Source: Solirubrobacterales bacterium (GTDB taxonomy: Bacteria > Actinomycetota > Thermoleophilia > Solirubrobacterales > 70-9). Taken from it: a DNA stretch of 40,000 bases. Position 1 is the first letter of the stretch, and every line of letters begins with the position of its first letter. Both the position numbers and the translations under genes were made by a program. The stretch lies in the NCBI GenBank assembly GCA_033856275.1, contig JAWVFJ010000016.1:51656-91655 (forward strand), given 5' to 3'. Below are positions 32,076 through 40,000 of this stretch, in pieces. The notes below the pieces were generated by a model. It did not search any database. It was not told the DNA's origin and saw only the letters and a list, made by a program, of their open reading frames with translations.

Positions 32076-32306
32076 AGCGTTCTTGGAGAACAGGCGTCAC
32101 GCGGGGACGCCGTCACCGTGGCTTACAAGGTTCATGAGCCGAAGCCCATTCCCTGCGCCTGGTTGACTGGGCTCGCCATGCGCAACTTAAGCTGCATCCA
32201 AGGTACTTGGCAGGCTGAATGCTCGCAAGGCATCTGGCCCCATTGCGAGGCTCCGCCCAAAGCACTACCTACCCTCACCCCAACGAGGGTTCCAGGCATC
32301 GGGCCC

Positions 32307-32342
32307 CGAAAAACGCGAGGGGCGTCCGTTGGACGCCCCTCG
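32307..32342 (-). terminator. Intrinsic terminator-like hairpin plus U-tract, read on the minus strand, with no annotated upstream gene
   Basis: CGAGGGGCGTCC (32316..32327) pairs with GGACGCCCCTCG (32331..32342). On the minus strand the stem is followed by CG then TTTTT (plus-strand A-run 32309..32313). Confidence 0.5.
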
Positions 32343-32540
32343 AAACTGGGAAGAGCGTCTCAACTACCGCTCTCAAGAAGATCTAGTGATGGAAGCCCAT
32401 GTGCCTTATCCCTTCGATCGTTGAAACCCTCAGATGCGCAGTCGCGATCTGAAACTCGTCAATTGCCTGTCAACTTTGTAGCACAACCCGGCGGAAACTT
32501 GTGCATCTGGAGCAAATCTTGTGCATAAATGCAGTAGTTC

Positions 32541-33872
32541 GTGCAGCCAATCATGCGTAGAGCACGACTAACCGACCCCCTGAGAAAGCCGCAATTCCGG
32601 CGCCTGGCCGCCAGCTACGCGGTCAACGAGCTGGGCGACTGGATGGGCATCGTCGCCCTCTCGGTGCTGGTCTTCGACCGCACGGGGAGCGCCCTGGCGA
32701 CCGCCGGCCTCTTTCTCGGCACCCGCTTCCTGCCGGCGCTGATCGCCCCGATCCTGGTCGCAAAGGTGGAGCAGCCTCCCCCGCGCTTCGCTTTGCCAGT
32801 GATCTACTGCGGCGAGGCAGCGGCCTTCGGAGCGCTGGCGCTCTTCGCCGGTGATGGCTTCCTGCTCATCGGAGTGATCGTCCTCGCGACCATCGACGGG
32901 GCGTTGGCCTTGACCGGGCGGGCGCTCACCCGCGCCGTCGTCGTCGCCTTACTCGAGCCGAGCGGGGAACTGCGCGCCGGCAATGCGGTGCTCAACGTCG
33001 CCTTTACCGGCAGTGCCGCGATCGGCCCCGGCATTGCCGGCCTCATCGTCGCGGGCTTCGGCGTGCAATCGGCGCTGCTGCTTGACGCCGTCTCCTTCTA
33101 CGCGATCGCCTGGATCCTGCTCACCGCGGGCCCGCTGCCCCAGGCAGAGCCCGATCCGGGGCTGGTACGTGACCGTGTGCGCGCGGGCCTTGCCTACATC
33201 CGCGAGCGCCCGAGGCTGCGCCGGCTGCTGGTCGCCCAGGGCGCCGCCTTCGTCTTCTTCGCCGCGGTGATCCCGATCGAGGTGATCTACTCGAAGGAGA
33301 CACTGGGGGTGGGCGACTCGGGCTACGGCCTGCTGCTGGCCAGCTGGGGCGTCGGCATGGTGATCGGCAGCTTCGTCTTCGCCCTGGTGCGCCGAGCGCC
33401 ACTCCCCGTCCTGCTCTTCTTCAGCACACTGGCCGTCGGCGTCGGCTACCTCGGGCTCGCGGCGGCGCCGACGCTGGCATTCGCCTGCGGCGCCTCTGTC
33501 GTCGGCGGCGCCGGCAACGGCGTGCAGTGGGTGAGTGCGATCAGCGCCGTGCAGGAGTTGACCGTGGCGGGAATGCAGGCGCGCGTAATGAGCGTGCTGG
33601 AGTCGATCGGGGCGGCGATGCCCGGCCTGGGCTATCTCCTCGGTGGCCTGATCGCCAGCGGCGCCAGCCCCCGCACGACCTTCCTCGTAGCCGGCATCGG
33701 CGTGCTGACGCTCGTCGCCATTGCCGCTCCCCTGATGGGCACGAAGTGGCCTGAGCGCAGGGAAAAAACAGGTCCAGATGGCCTTGACGCCGAAGAGGAG
33801 ATTATGGTGGAGTTGATTCCAGTGGGAGGACGAAGTACCCCTGCCCGGTCCGATTCGGAGGTCATCCGTTGA
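32541..33872 (+). CDS. MFS transporter
   Basis: 443-aa ORF with about 12 predicted TM helices. The N-terminus RKPQFRRLAASYAVNELGDWMGIVALSVLVF is typical of MFS_3/EntS-like exporters. Confidence 0.8.
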   Translation: MQPIMRRARLTDPLRKPQFRRLAASYAVNELGDWMGIVALSVLVFDRTGSALATAGLFLGTRFLPALIAPILVAKVEQPPPRFALPVIYCGEAAAFGALALFAGDGFLLIGVIVLATIDGALALTGRALTRAVVVALLEPSGELRAGNAVLNVAFTGSAAIGPGIAGLIVAGFGVQSALLLDAVSFYAIAWILLTAGPLPQAEPDPGLVRDRVRAGLAYIRERPRLRRLLVAQGAAFVFFAAVIPIEVIYSKETLGVGDSGYGLLLASWGVGMVIGSFVFALVRRAPLPVLLFFSTLAVGVGYLGLAAAPTLAFACGASVVGGAGNGVQWVSAISAVQELTVAGMQARVMSVLESIGAAMPGLGYLLGGLIASGASPRTTFLVAGIGVLTLVAIAAPLMGTKWPERREKTGPDGLDAEEEIMVELIPVGGRSTPARSDSEVIR

Positions 33873-35497
33873 GAAAGATTGGTCTCGTTGCGCTGGTGCT
33901 CGTCCTTACCATCGGTGCCGCTTTCGGCCTCGCCGCCTGTGGCAGTTCGGGTGGCAAGGAAGGCGGCACGCTGACCGGCACCTACGCCTCCTTCCCAGGC
34001 TTCCTCGACCCGGCGCTGTCCTACGAAGTAGAAGGCTGGACGGCGATGTACGACACGTACCTGCCGCTGCTCACCTACGCCCACGCCAACGGTGCGGCGG
34101 GCAGCAAGGTGGTCCCCGCCCTCGCCGAGAGCCTGCCCAAAATCACCAACGGCGGCAAGACCTACACGCTAACCCTGCGCAAGGGGCTCAAGTACTCCGA
34201 CGGCACGTCGGTCAAGGCATCGGACTTCAAAAGCACGATCGAACGCCTCTTCAAGATCTCCTCGCCGGGCTCGGGCTTCTACGAAGGCATCGTCGGCGCC
34301 GAAAAGTTCGCCGAAACCAAGAGCGGCGGCATCCCCGGCATCAAGACCGACGACAAGAGCGGCAAGATCGCCATCAACCTGGTCTCGCCGCGAGGCACGT
34401 TTACCAACGAGCTGGGAATGCTCTTCGCGGCCCTGCTCCCGCCCGGCACCCCCGCCAAGAACCTAACCGCCGACCCGCCACCGGCCACCGGCCCCTACGT
34501 AATTTCCAAGTCCGAACCGGGCCGTGGCTGGTCCTATGTGCGCAACCCGCAATGGGCAAAGAACAACAGCGCGATCATGCCCGACTTTCCGAGCGGTCAC
34601 GTCGACCGGATCGAGATCAAGGTGGCCCGCAACGACTCCACCCAGGTCAACGAAATCGAACGGAACAAGACCGACTGGATGCAGCCGCCGATCTCGGCCG
34701 ATCTCTACAACAGAGTCAAGGACAAGTACGAAGGCACCCAATTCCGGGTCGAGCGCCCGATCAACCTCTATCTCTTCTGGATCAACACGACCAAGGCGCC
34801 CTTCGACGACGTCAAGGTCCGTCAGGCAGTCAACTACGCGGTCGACACGGCGGCCCTGGAACGAATCTACGCCGGCTCGCTTGCCGCGACGCACCAGATA
34901 CTGCCCGAGGGGATGCCGGGCCACAAGCCGTTCGACCTCTATCCGCACAACATGGCCAAGGCCAAGGAATTGATCGCGGAAGCCAACCCGTCGGATCGCA
35001 ACATCACGGTCTGGACCGACAACGAAAGCCCCAACGACGAAGCGGGTGCCTATTACCAGGGCGTGCTCAGCGAACTCGGCTTCAACGCCAAGCTGAAGAC
35101 GATCAACGCCGACAACTACTACACGATCATCGGCAACGAATCGACGCCCGATCTCGATACCGGCTGGCTCGCCTTCTACGAGGACTACCCCCACCCGAAC
35201 GACTTCTTCCAGCCAATGCTGTCCGGCGAACGCATCGCTCCGACCGGCAACACGAACTTCTCGCGCATGGACGACCCGAAGCTGAACGCGAAGATCGCCA
35301 AACTCGGCGAAGAACCACTCGGGCCCAAGCAGGAAGCCGAATACGCGGCGCTGGATAAGGCCTACATGGAACAGGCACCGATGGTGCCCTACGGGACCAA
35401 CACGGTCTCGACCTTCGTCAGCAGCGAAATCAACCTCGACAGCGTGATCTTCAACCCGACCTTCGGGCAAGACCTGACCAGCTTCGAATTCAAGTAG
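33869..35497 (+). CDS. ABC transporter substrate-binding protein, family 5 (peptide/nickel type), lipoprotein
   Basis: 542-aa ORF with a lipobox-like LAACGSSGG. Family-5 SBP style blocks are present (YTLTLRKGLKYSDGTSVKASDF, GPYVISKSEPG, FNAKLKTINADNYY). Confidence 0.85.
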   Translation: MRKIGLVALVLVLTIGAAFGLAACGSSGGKEGGTLTGTYASFPGFLDPALSYEVEGWTAMYDTYLPLLTYAHANGAAGSKVVPALAESLPKITNGGKTYTLTLRKGLKYSDGTSVKASDFKSTIERLFKISSPGSGFYEGIVGAEKFAETKSGGIPGIKTDDKSGKIAINLVSPRGTFTNELGMLFAALLPPGTPAKNLTADPPPATGPYVISKSEPGRGWSYVRNPQWAKNNSAIMPDFPSGHVDRIEIKVARNDSTQVNEIERNKTDWMQPPISADLYNRVKDKYEGTQFRVERPINLYLFWINTTKAPFDDVKVRQAVNYAVDTAALERIYAGSLAATHQILPEGMPGHKPFDLYPHNMAKAKELIAEANPSDRNITVWTDNESPNDEAGAYYQGVLSELGFNAKLKTINADNYYTIIGNESTPDLDTGWLAFYEDYPHPNDFFQPMLSGERIAPTGNTNFSRMDDPKLNAKIAKLGEEPLGPKQEAEYAALDKAYMEQAPMVPYGTNTVSTFVSSEINLDSVIFNPTFGQDLTSFEFK

Positions 35498-35525
35498 CCG
35501 CCAGGCCCTGCTTCACACTACGCCG

Positions 35526-36572
35526 GTGGCTTCCGAGTCCCATGCCGAGGTCACCCGCGTTGCGGCCGGCAGCCCCTGGCACCTCGCCTGGCGGCGCTTG
35601 CGCCGCAATCGCGTGGCGCTGGGGTTCTTCGGGCTCTTTGTCTTGATCGTCGCCTTCGTCCTCTCCGCGCCGCTCTGGGCCAGCGATGTCGCCCACACCG
35701 GGCCGAACAAGACGCACACGCTGGAAAAGATCGAAGTCGACGGTGAGCAGCGCGAAGTCGTCAACCGCGAAGGCAAGCCGATCGGCCCGGTCTGGCTCGG
35801 CGCCGGCGGCAGGTTCTTCCTCGGCGCCGACGGTCGCCTCGGCCGTGACGAGATGGTGCGACTGATGTACGGCGGGCGCATCTCGCTGTTCATCGGCATC
35901 GTCTCGGCCCTGATCACAACTCTGCTGGCGACGATCCTCGGCCTGCTCGCGGGCTACTACCGCGGCTGGGTCGACACGGTGATCTCGCGAGCGCTGGACG
36001 TGATCTGGGCCTTCCCGGTGATGCTCCTGGCGATCGCCCTCGGTCTCTCGCTCGCGGTCGGGGGGCTGCAGATCGGGCCGCTCCACCTTTCCGGCGACTC
36101 GATCTGGATTCCGATCCTGATCATCGGCGGCGTCTCGGTGCCCTACATCGCGCGGCCGCTTCGCGGCCAAGTGCTCTCCCTGCGCGAGAAGGAGTTCGTC
36201 GAGGCGGCCGTGGCCCAGGGGGCCGGCCCGCTGCGGGTGATGTTCGGTGAGCTGCTGCCCAACCTCTGGTCGACGATCATCGTCTTCTTCACCCTGACGA
36301 TCGCCAACAACATGCTGCTCGAGGCGGCGCTCTCCTTCCTCGGGGTCGGGGTGCAGCCGCCCAACACCTCGTGGGGAACGATGATCGCCGGCGGCTTCGA
36401 GCTGCTCACCAGCGCGCCGCTGCTGACGATCGCCCCCAGCACGATGATCCTGCTCACGGTTCTCTCGGTCAACGTCTTCGGCGACGGCCTGCGCGACGCG
36501 CTCGACCCGAACTCGAAGCTGCGGCTCGAGGCGCACGCGGGCATGCCCGAGCCGAGGGGAACAGCGGTCTAG
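35526..36572 (+). CDS. ABC peptide/nickel transporter permease (DppC/OppC-like)
   Basis: 348-aa ORF. SPWHLAWRRLRRNRVALGFF is an OppC-type N-terminus, followed by the EAA-loop region REKEFVEAAVAQGAGPLRVMFGELLPN. Confidence 0.85.
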   Translation: MASESHAEVTRVAAGSPWHLAWRRLRRNRVALGFFGLFVLIVAFVLSAPLWASDVAHTGPNKTHTLEKIEVDGEQREVVNREGKPIGPVWLGAGGRFFLGADGRLGRDEMVRLMYGGRISLFIGIVSALITTLLATILGLLAGYYRGWVDTVISRALDVIWAFPVMLLAIALGLSLAVGGLQIGPLHLSGDSIWIPILIIGGVSVPYIARPLRGQVLSLREKEFVEAAVAQGAGPLRVMFGELLPNLWSTIIVFFTLTIANNMLLEAALSFLGVGVQPPNTSWGTMIAGGFELLTSAPLLTIAPSTMILLTVLSVNVFGDGLRDALDPNSKLRLEAHAGMPEPRGTAV

Positions 36573-37529
36573 GTGGCCCGCTTCGCGCTCAGGCGGCTGG
36601 TCGGGATGGTCGCGGTCCTCTTTGCGGTCTCGGTGCTGACCTTCCTGATCTTCAACGTGATCCCCAACTCCGACCCGGCACAGCGCATGGCGGGCAAGGC
36701 GGCGACTCCCACTCTCGTCGCCAACATCACCAGGGAATGGGGATTCGACGACTCGCTGCCGGTGCAGTACGTGACGATGATGAGAAAGGTCTTCAGCGGC
36801 GACCTGATCTCCTACTTCGGGCGGGAAAACGTCGATGAACGGATCGTCGAAGGGATTCCGGCGACCTTCTCGCTCTGCTTCGGCGCGGCGGCAATCTGGA
36901 TGTTCTTCGGGATCCTCTTCGGCTATCTCTCGGCGGTGCGCGCGGGCGGGCTGCTCGACCGGGTGCTGACGATCCTCGCCGTGGTCGGGATCTCGATGCC
37001 GGTCTTCTGGCTGGCGGCGATCTTCCTCAACTACCTGACCTACAAGACCGAAATCTTCCCCTCGGGGGGATACGTCGAATTCGCCGACAGCCCGCTCGAA
37101 TGGCTCGAACACCTGATCCTGCCGTGGATCACCCTGGCGATCCTCTACGCCGGCTTCTACAGCCGCGTGCTGCGCTCCAACATGCTCGACGTGATGAACG
37201 AGGACTACGTGCGCACGGCCCGCGCCAAGGGCCTTGGCGAGCGCCGGGTGATGACCCGGCACGTGATGCGCAACTCGCTGATCCCGATCATCACCCTCTT
37301 CGGCCTCGACTTCGGCGCCCTGCTCGGTGGCTCGATCCTGATCGAAGCGATCTTCAGCCTCAATGGCGTCGGCCAGTACGCATACGAATCGCTGATCAAC
37401 ACGGACCTGCCGCCGATCATGGCGATCGTCCTCTTCGGCGCCTTCTTCGTCGTCCTCTTCAACGCGCTCGTCGACATCGCCTACGCCTGGCTGGACCCGC
37501 GGATCCGACTGGGGAGCTCGGCCCAATGA
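36573..37529 (+). CDS. ABC peptide/nickel transporter permease (DppB/OppB-like)
   Basis: 318-aa ORF. MARFALRRLVGMVAVLFAVSVLTFLIFNVIP is an OppB-type N-terminus, followed by the EAA loop EDYVRTARAKGLGERRVMTRHVMRN. Confidence 0.85.
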   Translation: MARFALRRLVGMVAVLFAVSVLTFLIFNVIPNSDPAQRMAGKAATPTLVANITREWGFDDSLPVQYVTMMRKVFSGDLISYFGRENVDERIVEGIPATFSLCFGAAAIWMFFGILFGYLSAVRAGGLLDRVLTILAVVGISMPVFWLAAIFLNYLTYKTEIFPSGGYVEFADSPLEWLEHLILPWITLAILYAGFYSRVLRSNMLDVMNEDYVRTARAKGLGERRVMTRHVMRNSLIPIITLFGLDFGALLGGSILIEAIFSLNGVGQYAYESLINTDLPPIMAIVLFGAFFVVLFNALVDIAYAWLDPRIRLGSSAQ

Positions 37530-39187
37530 ATCCGGCGGCGCCGCTGCTCAGCGTGAGCGATCTTCGCGTTTCCTTCGCGACGCAGAGCGGTCGCGTGCGG
37601 GCGGTCGACGGCGTCTCCTTCGAGCTTTCACCCGGGGAGGTGCTGGCGATCGTCGGTGAGTCGGGATCCGGCAAGAGCGTCACCGCGCAGACGATCCTCG
37701 GCCTCACCCGCTCGCCCAACGCCGAGATCGTCGGCTCGGCATGGATCGGCAAGCAGGAGCTGTTGAAGGCAAGCGAGCGCGAACTGCGGGCGGTACGGGG
37801 GGCGCGAATCGGCATGGTCTTCCAGGACCCGATGACTTCTTTCAACCCGGTCTACAAAATCGGCTGGCAGGTCGCCGAGGCGATCCGTGCCCACAGCAGC
37901 GGGACAAGCGGGCGCGAGGCGCGCAAGCGGGCGATCGAGCTGCTCGACTCGGTCGGTATCCCGAAAGCGGGGCAGCGCATCGACGACTACCCGCATCAGT
38001 TCTCGGGTGGGATGCGCCAGCGGGCGATGATCGCGATGGCGCTCGCGCTGGAACCGGAAGTGCTGATCGCCGACGAGCCGACCACTGCGCTCGACGTGAC
38101 CGTGCAGGCGCAGATCCTCGCTCTGCTCGAGCGGCTCAACCGCGAGCGCGGCCTGGCGACGATCCTGATCACCCACGACCTCGGCGTCGTCGCTGAGGTC
38201 GCCGACCGCGTGCTCGTCATGCACGAGGGCGTGATCGTCGAGCGCGGCAGCCTCGACGAGATCTTCTACTCGCCCACCGATCCGTACACGCGCGAACTGC
38301 TCGACGCCGTGCTGCGACTTGACGCGCCGCCACCGCTGCGTCCGCGGCGCGAGAGCGAGCCGCTGCTCGAGGTCGCCGACCTGATCAAGCACTTTCCAGT
38401 CAAGCGTGGACTGCTCTTCAACCGCGAGGTCGACAAGGTGCGGGCGGTGGACGGGGTCAGCTTCAGCGTGCGCCAAGGCGAAACGCTCGGCCTCGTCGGT
38501 GAGTCGGGCAGCGGCAAGTCGACGCTCTCGCGCACGATCCTGCAGCTGCTCGCGCCCAGCTCGGGCTCGGTCCGCTTCGAGGGCCGTGAGATCGCCGGGC
38601 TCTCGCGGCGGCAGATGCAGCCGCTGCGGCGGCAGATGCAGATGGTCTTCCAGGACCCTTATGCCTCGCTCAACCCGCGCAAGCGGATCGGTCAGATAGT
38701 CGGCGAGCCACTGCGGCTGCAGGGCGAGTCGCGCGGCGCCGAGCTGCGCCGGGAGGTGCAAGGACTGCTCGACCGAGTTGGGCTTTCGGCCGAGCACTAC
38801 GACCGCTTCCCACACGAGTTCTCAGGCGGCCAGCGGCAGCGGATCGGGATCGCCCGGGCGCTGGCGCTGCGACCGAAGCTGATCGTCGCCGATGAGCCGG
38901 TCTCCGCCCTCGACGTCTCGATCCGTGCCCAGATCCTCGACCTGCTCTCCGAGTTGCAGGCCGAGTTCGGCCTTACCTACATCTTCGTCGCCCATGACAT
39001 CGGCGTCGTCCGCCACGTCTCCGACCGAATCGCGGTGATGCACAGAGGCAAGATCGTCGAGGAGGGCCCTGCCGACGAGGTCTGCGAGCGGCCCAAGGAC
39101 GCCTACACCAAGCAGTTGCTCGCCGCGGTGCCGATCCCCGACCCACGCGAGGCACGGGAACGTCGGCAGGCGCTGAGGCCCGCTTAG
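37526..39187 (+). CDS. Fused double ABC ATPase (DppD-DppF-like)
   Basis: ATG 37526 overlaps the upstream stop (ATGA). There are two full ABC cassettes: GESGSGKSV / FSGGMRQR / [11 protein letters not shown], and GESGSGKST / FSGGQRQR / [11 protein letters not shown]. The track ORF from 37100 is an over-extension. Confidence 0.9.
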   Translation: MNPAAPLLSVSDLRVSFATQSGRVRAVDGVSFELSPGEVLAIVGESGSGKSVTAQTILGLTRSPNAEIVGSAWIGKQELLKASERELRAVRGARIGMVFQDPMTSFNPVYKIGWQVAEAIRAHSSGTSGREARKRAIELLDSVGIPKAGQRIDDYPHQFSGGMRQRAMIAMALALEPEVLIADEPTTALDVTVQAQILALLERLNRERGLATILITHDLGVVAEVADRVLVMHEGVIVERGSLDEIFYSPTDPYTRELLDAVLRLDAPPPLRPRRESEPLLEVADLIKHFPVKRGLLFNREVDKVRAVDGVSFSVRQGETLGLVGESGSGKSTLSRTILQLLAPSSGSVRFEGREIAGLSRRQMQPLRRQMQMVFQDPYASLNPRKRIGQIVGEPLRLQGESRGAELRREVQGLLDRVGLSAEHYDRFPHEFSGGQRQRIGIARALALRPKLIVADEPVSALDVSIRAQILDLLSELQAEFGLTYIFVAHDIGVVRHVSDRIAVMHRGKIVEEGPADEVCERPKDAYTKQLLAAVPIPDPREARERRQALRPA

Positions 39188-39212
39188 CTCCGGCCCGGCA
39201 AACTGTCGGGGA

Positions 39213-40000
39213 GTGAACCTTCCGCTCACCCCACCGATCAAACCGCAGCTGGCACTGACTCGCAAAGTGCTGCCGGTCGGCGAGGAGTGGGCGTATGAGC
39301 AGAAGCTCGACGGCTTCCGCGCGATCGTCTTCGTCGACGGCGCCGATTCCTACATCCAGTCGCGCGGCGGCAAAGCGCTGGCCCGTTACTTCCCCGAGCT
39401 GAGCTTCCCGCTGGGCCGCTATGTGGTCGATGGGGAGCTGGTCATTCGCGATAGCGACGGCAACATCGAATTCGATGCCCTGCAGAGTCGCATCCACCCG
39501 GCCGAGTCGCGCATCACTTTGCTTTCCGAAGAGATCCCCGCACGTTTCGTCGCCTTCGATCTGCTCGCCGAAGGGGACGACGAGTTGCTCGAGGCGCCGT
39601 TCGGCGAGCGCCGGGAGCGGCTCGAGCGGCTCCTCGATGACACCTCGGTCGAACTGAGCACGCTCAGCCACGACACCGCTCAGGGGGAGGAGTGGCTACG
39701 TCGCACCGAGGGCACGATGGCGAAGCAACTCGACGCCCCCTATGTCTCCGGCAAGCGCAGAGGAATGGCGAAGGTGAAGCGCGAGCGCACGATCGACTGC
39801 GTCGTGATGGGCTGGCGGCCGGGCAAAGAGGAGGGTACCGTCGGCTCGCTGATCCTCGGCCTCTACGACGGCGGCGAGCTGCGCTCCGTCGGTCACATCT
39901 CGGGCTTCAGCCACGAGACGAAACGAAGCCTGCGCACGATGCTCGAACCCCTGGAGACCGGCGAGAGCGGCACCGCCGAGCCGAGCCGCTGGACCGGCGG
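39213..40000 (+). CDS. ATP-dependent DNA ligase (LigC/LigD ligase-domain type), 3' end beyond the window
   Basis: The GTG at 39213 is preceded by GGGGA. Manual translation gives VNLPLTPPIKPQLA...WAYEQKLDGFRAIVFVDG (adenylation motif I KxDG), then DGELV, FVAFDLL, GTMAKQLDAPY and KVKRERTID. The frame is open to the window end. Confidence 0.8.
   Translation, partial: MNLPLTPPIKPQLALTRKVLPVGEEWAYEQKLDGFRAIVFVDGADSYIQSRGGKALARYFPELSFPLGRYVVDGELVIRDSDGNIEFDALQSRIHPAESRITLLSEEIPARFVAFDLLAEGDDELLEAPFGERRERLERLLDDTSVELSTLSHDTAQGEEWLRRTEGTMAKQLDAPYVSGKRRGMAKVKRERTIDCVVMGWRPGKEEGTVGSLILGLYDGGELRSVGHISGFSHETKRSLRTMLEPLETGESGTAEPSRWTG

Noticed and set aside
30780-32528. 582-aa plus-strand ORF antisense to the HD-GYP gene
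   Set aside because: No motifs and an extreme charged/Gly composition. The minus strand has unmistakable HD and GYP motifs.
35490-37526. 678-aa minus-strand ORF antisense to the two ABC permease genes
   Set aside because: Its composition (runs of D/E/R/G/P, no hydrophobic core) indicates a GC-driven artefact. The plus strand carries well-formed OppC/OppB-type permeases.
37526-39187. Fused two-cassette ABC ATPase as an oddity
   Set aside because: DppD-DppF fusions are common in Actinomycetota peptide/nickel importers and are not considered unusual.
1-40000. CRISPR arrays, rRNA genes, IS elements
   Set aside because: No regularly spaced short direct repeats, no rRNA-like conserved stretches and no transposase-like ORFs were seen anywhere in the window.

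Overview
Very GC-rich, Actinomycetota-like chromosomal window with frequent GTG starts and 4-nt start/stop overlaps. The left third is housekeeping. It holds a MerR-type regulator and a degenerate GGDEF protein, then recR, ybaB and dnaX, a GT-C membrane glycosyltransferase, acetolactate decarboxylase, a CASTOR/POLLUX-like channel and an ABC-2 exporter pair. A small SRP RNA (ffs), a secreted protein and a CPA2 antiporter follow. The centre (about 12.98-25.5 kb) is the stand-out. Directly 3' of tRNA-Val(CAC) lies a translationally coupled operon. It encodes an excisionase-type HTH, QueC, QueE, QueD and FolE2 (a full preQ0 pathway), a 220-aa unknown, a DpdA-type DNA transglycosylase and a DGQHR/DndB-type DpdB. 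This is a 7-deazaguanine DNA-modification core. Its partner genes do not resemble the described dpdD-K restriction set. They are a small winged-helix protein, a second ParB/Srx-domain protein, an 800-aa DEAH SF2 helicase, a 336-aa unknown and a convergent Qng1/DUF2419 queuosine-salvage homolog. No integrase or att repeat is visible. The right third carries a VOC-hypothetical-ArfB-pterin dehydratase operon, a GST, a GAF-GGDEF cyclase, a TIMP-like secreted protein, a Zn-ADH and an HD-GYP phosphodiesterase. It ends with an MFS transporter, a five-gene peptide/nickel-type ABC importer and the start of an ATP-dependent DNA ligase. Non-coding signals include a palindromic repeat family (GGTGCAACG..TTGTCC, three copies), several long perfect hairpins and an orphan intrinsic terminator in a 460-bp gap. 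Many long antisense ORFs in the track are GC-driven shadows and were not called.
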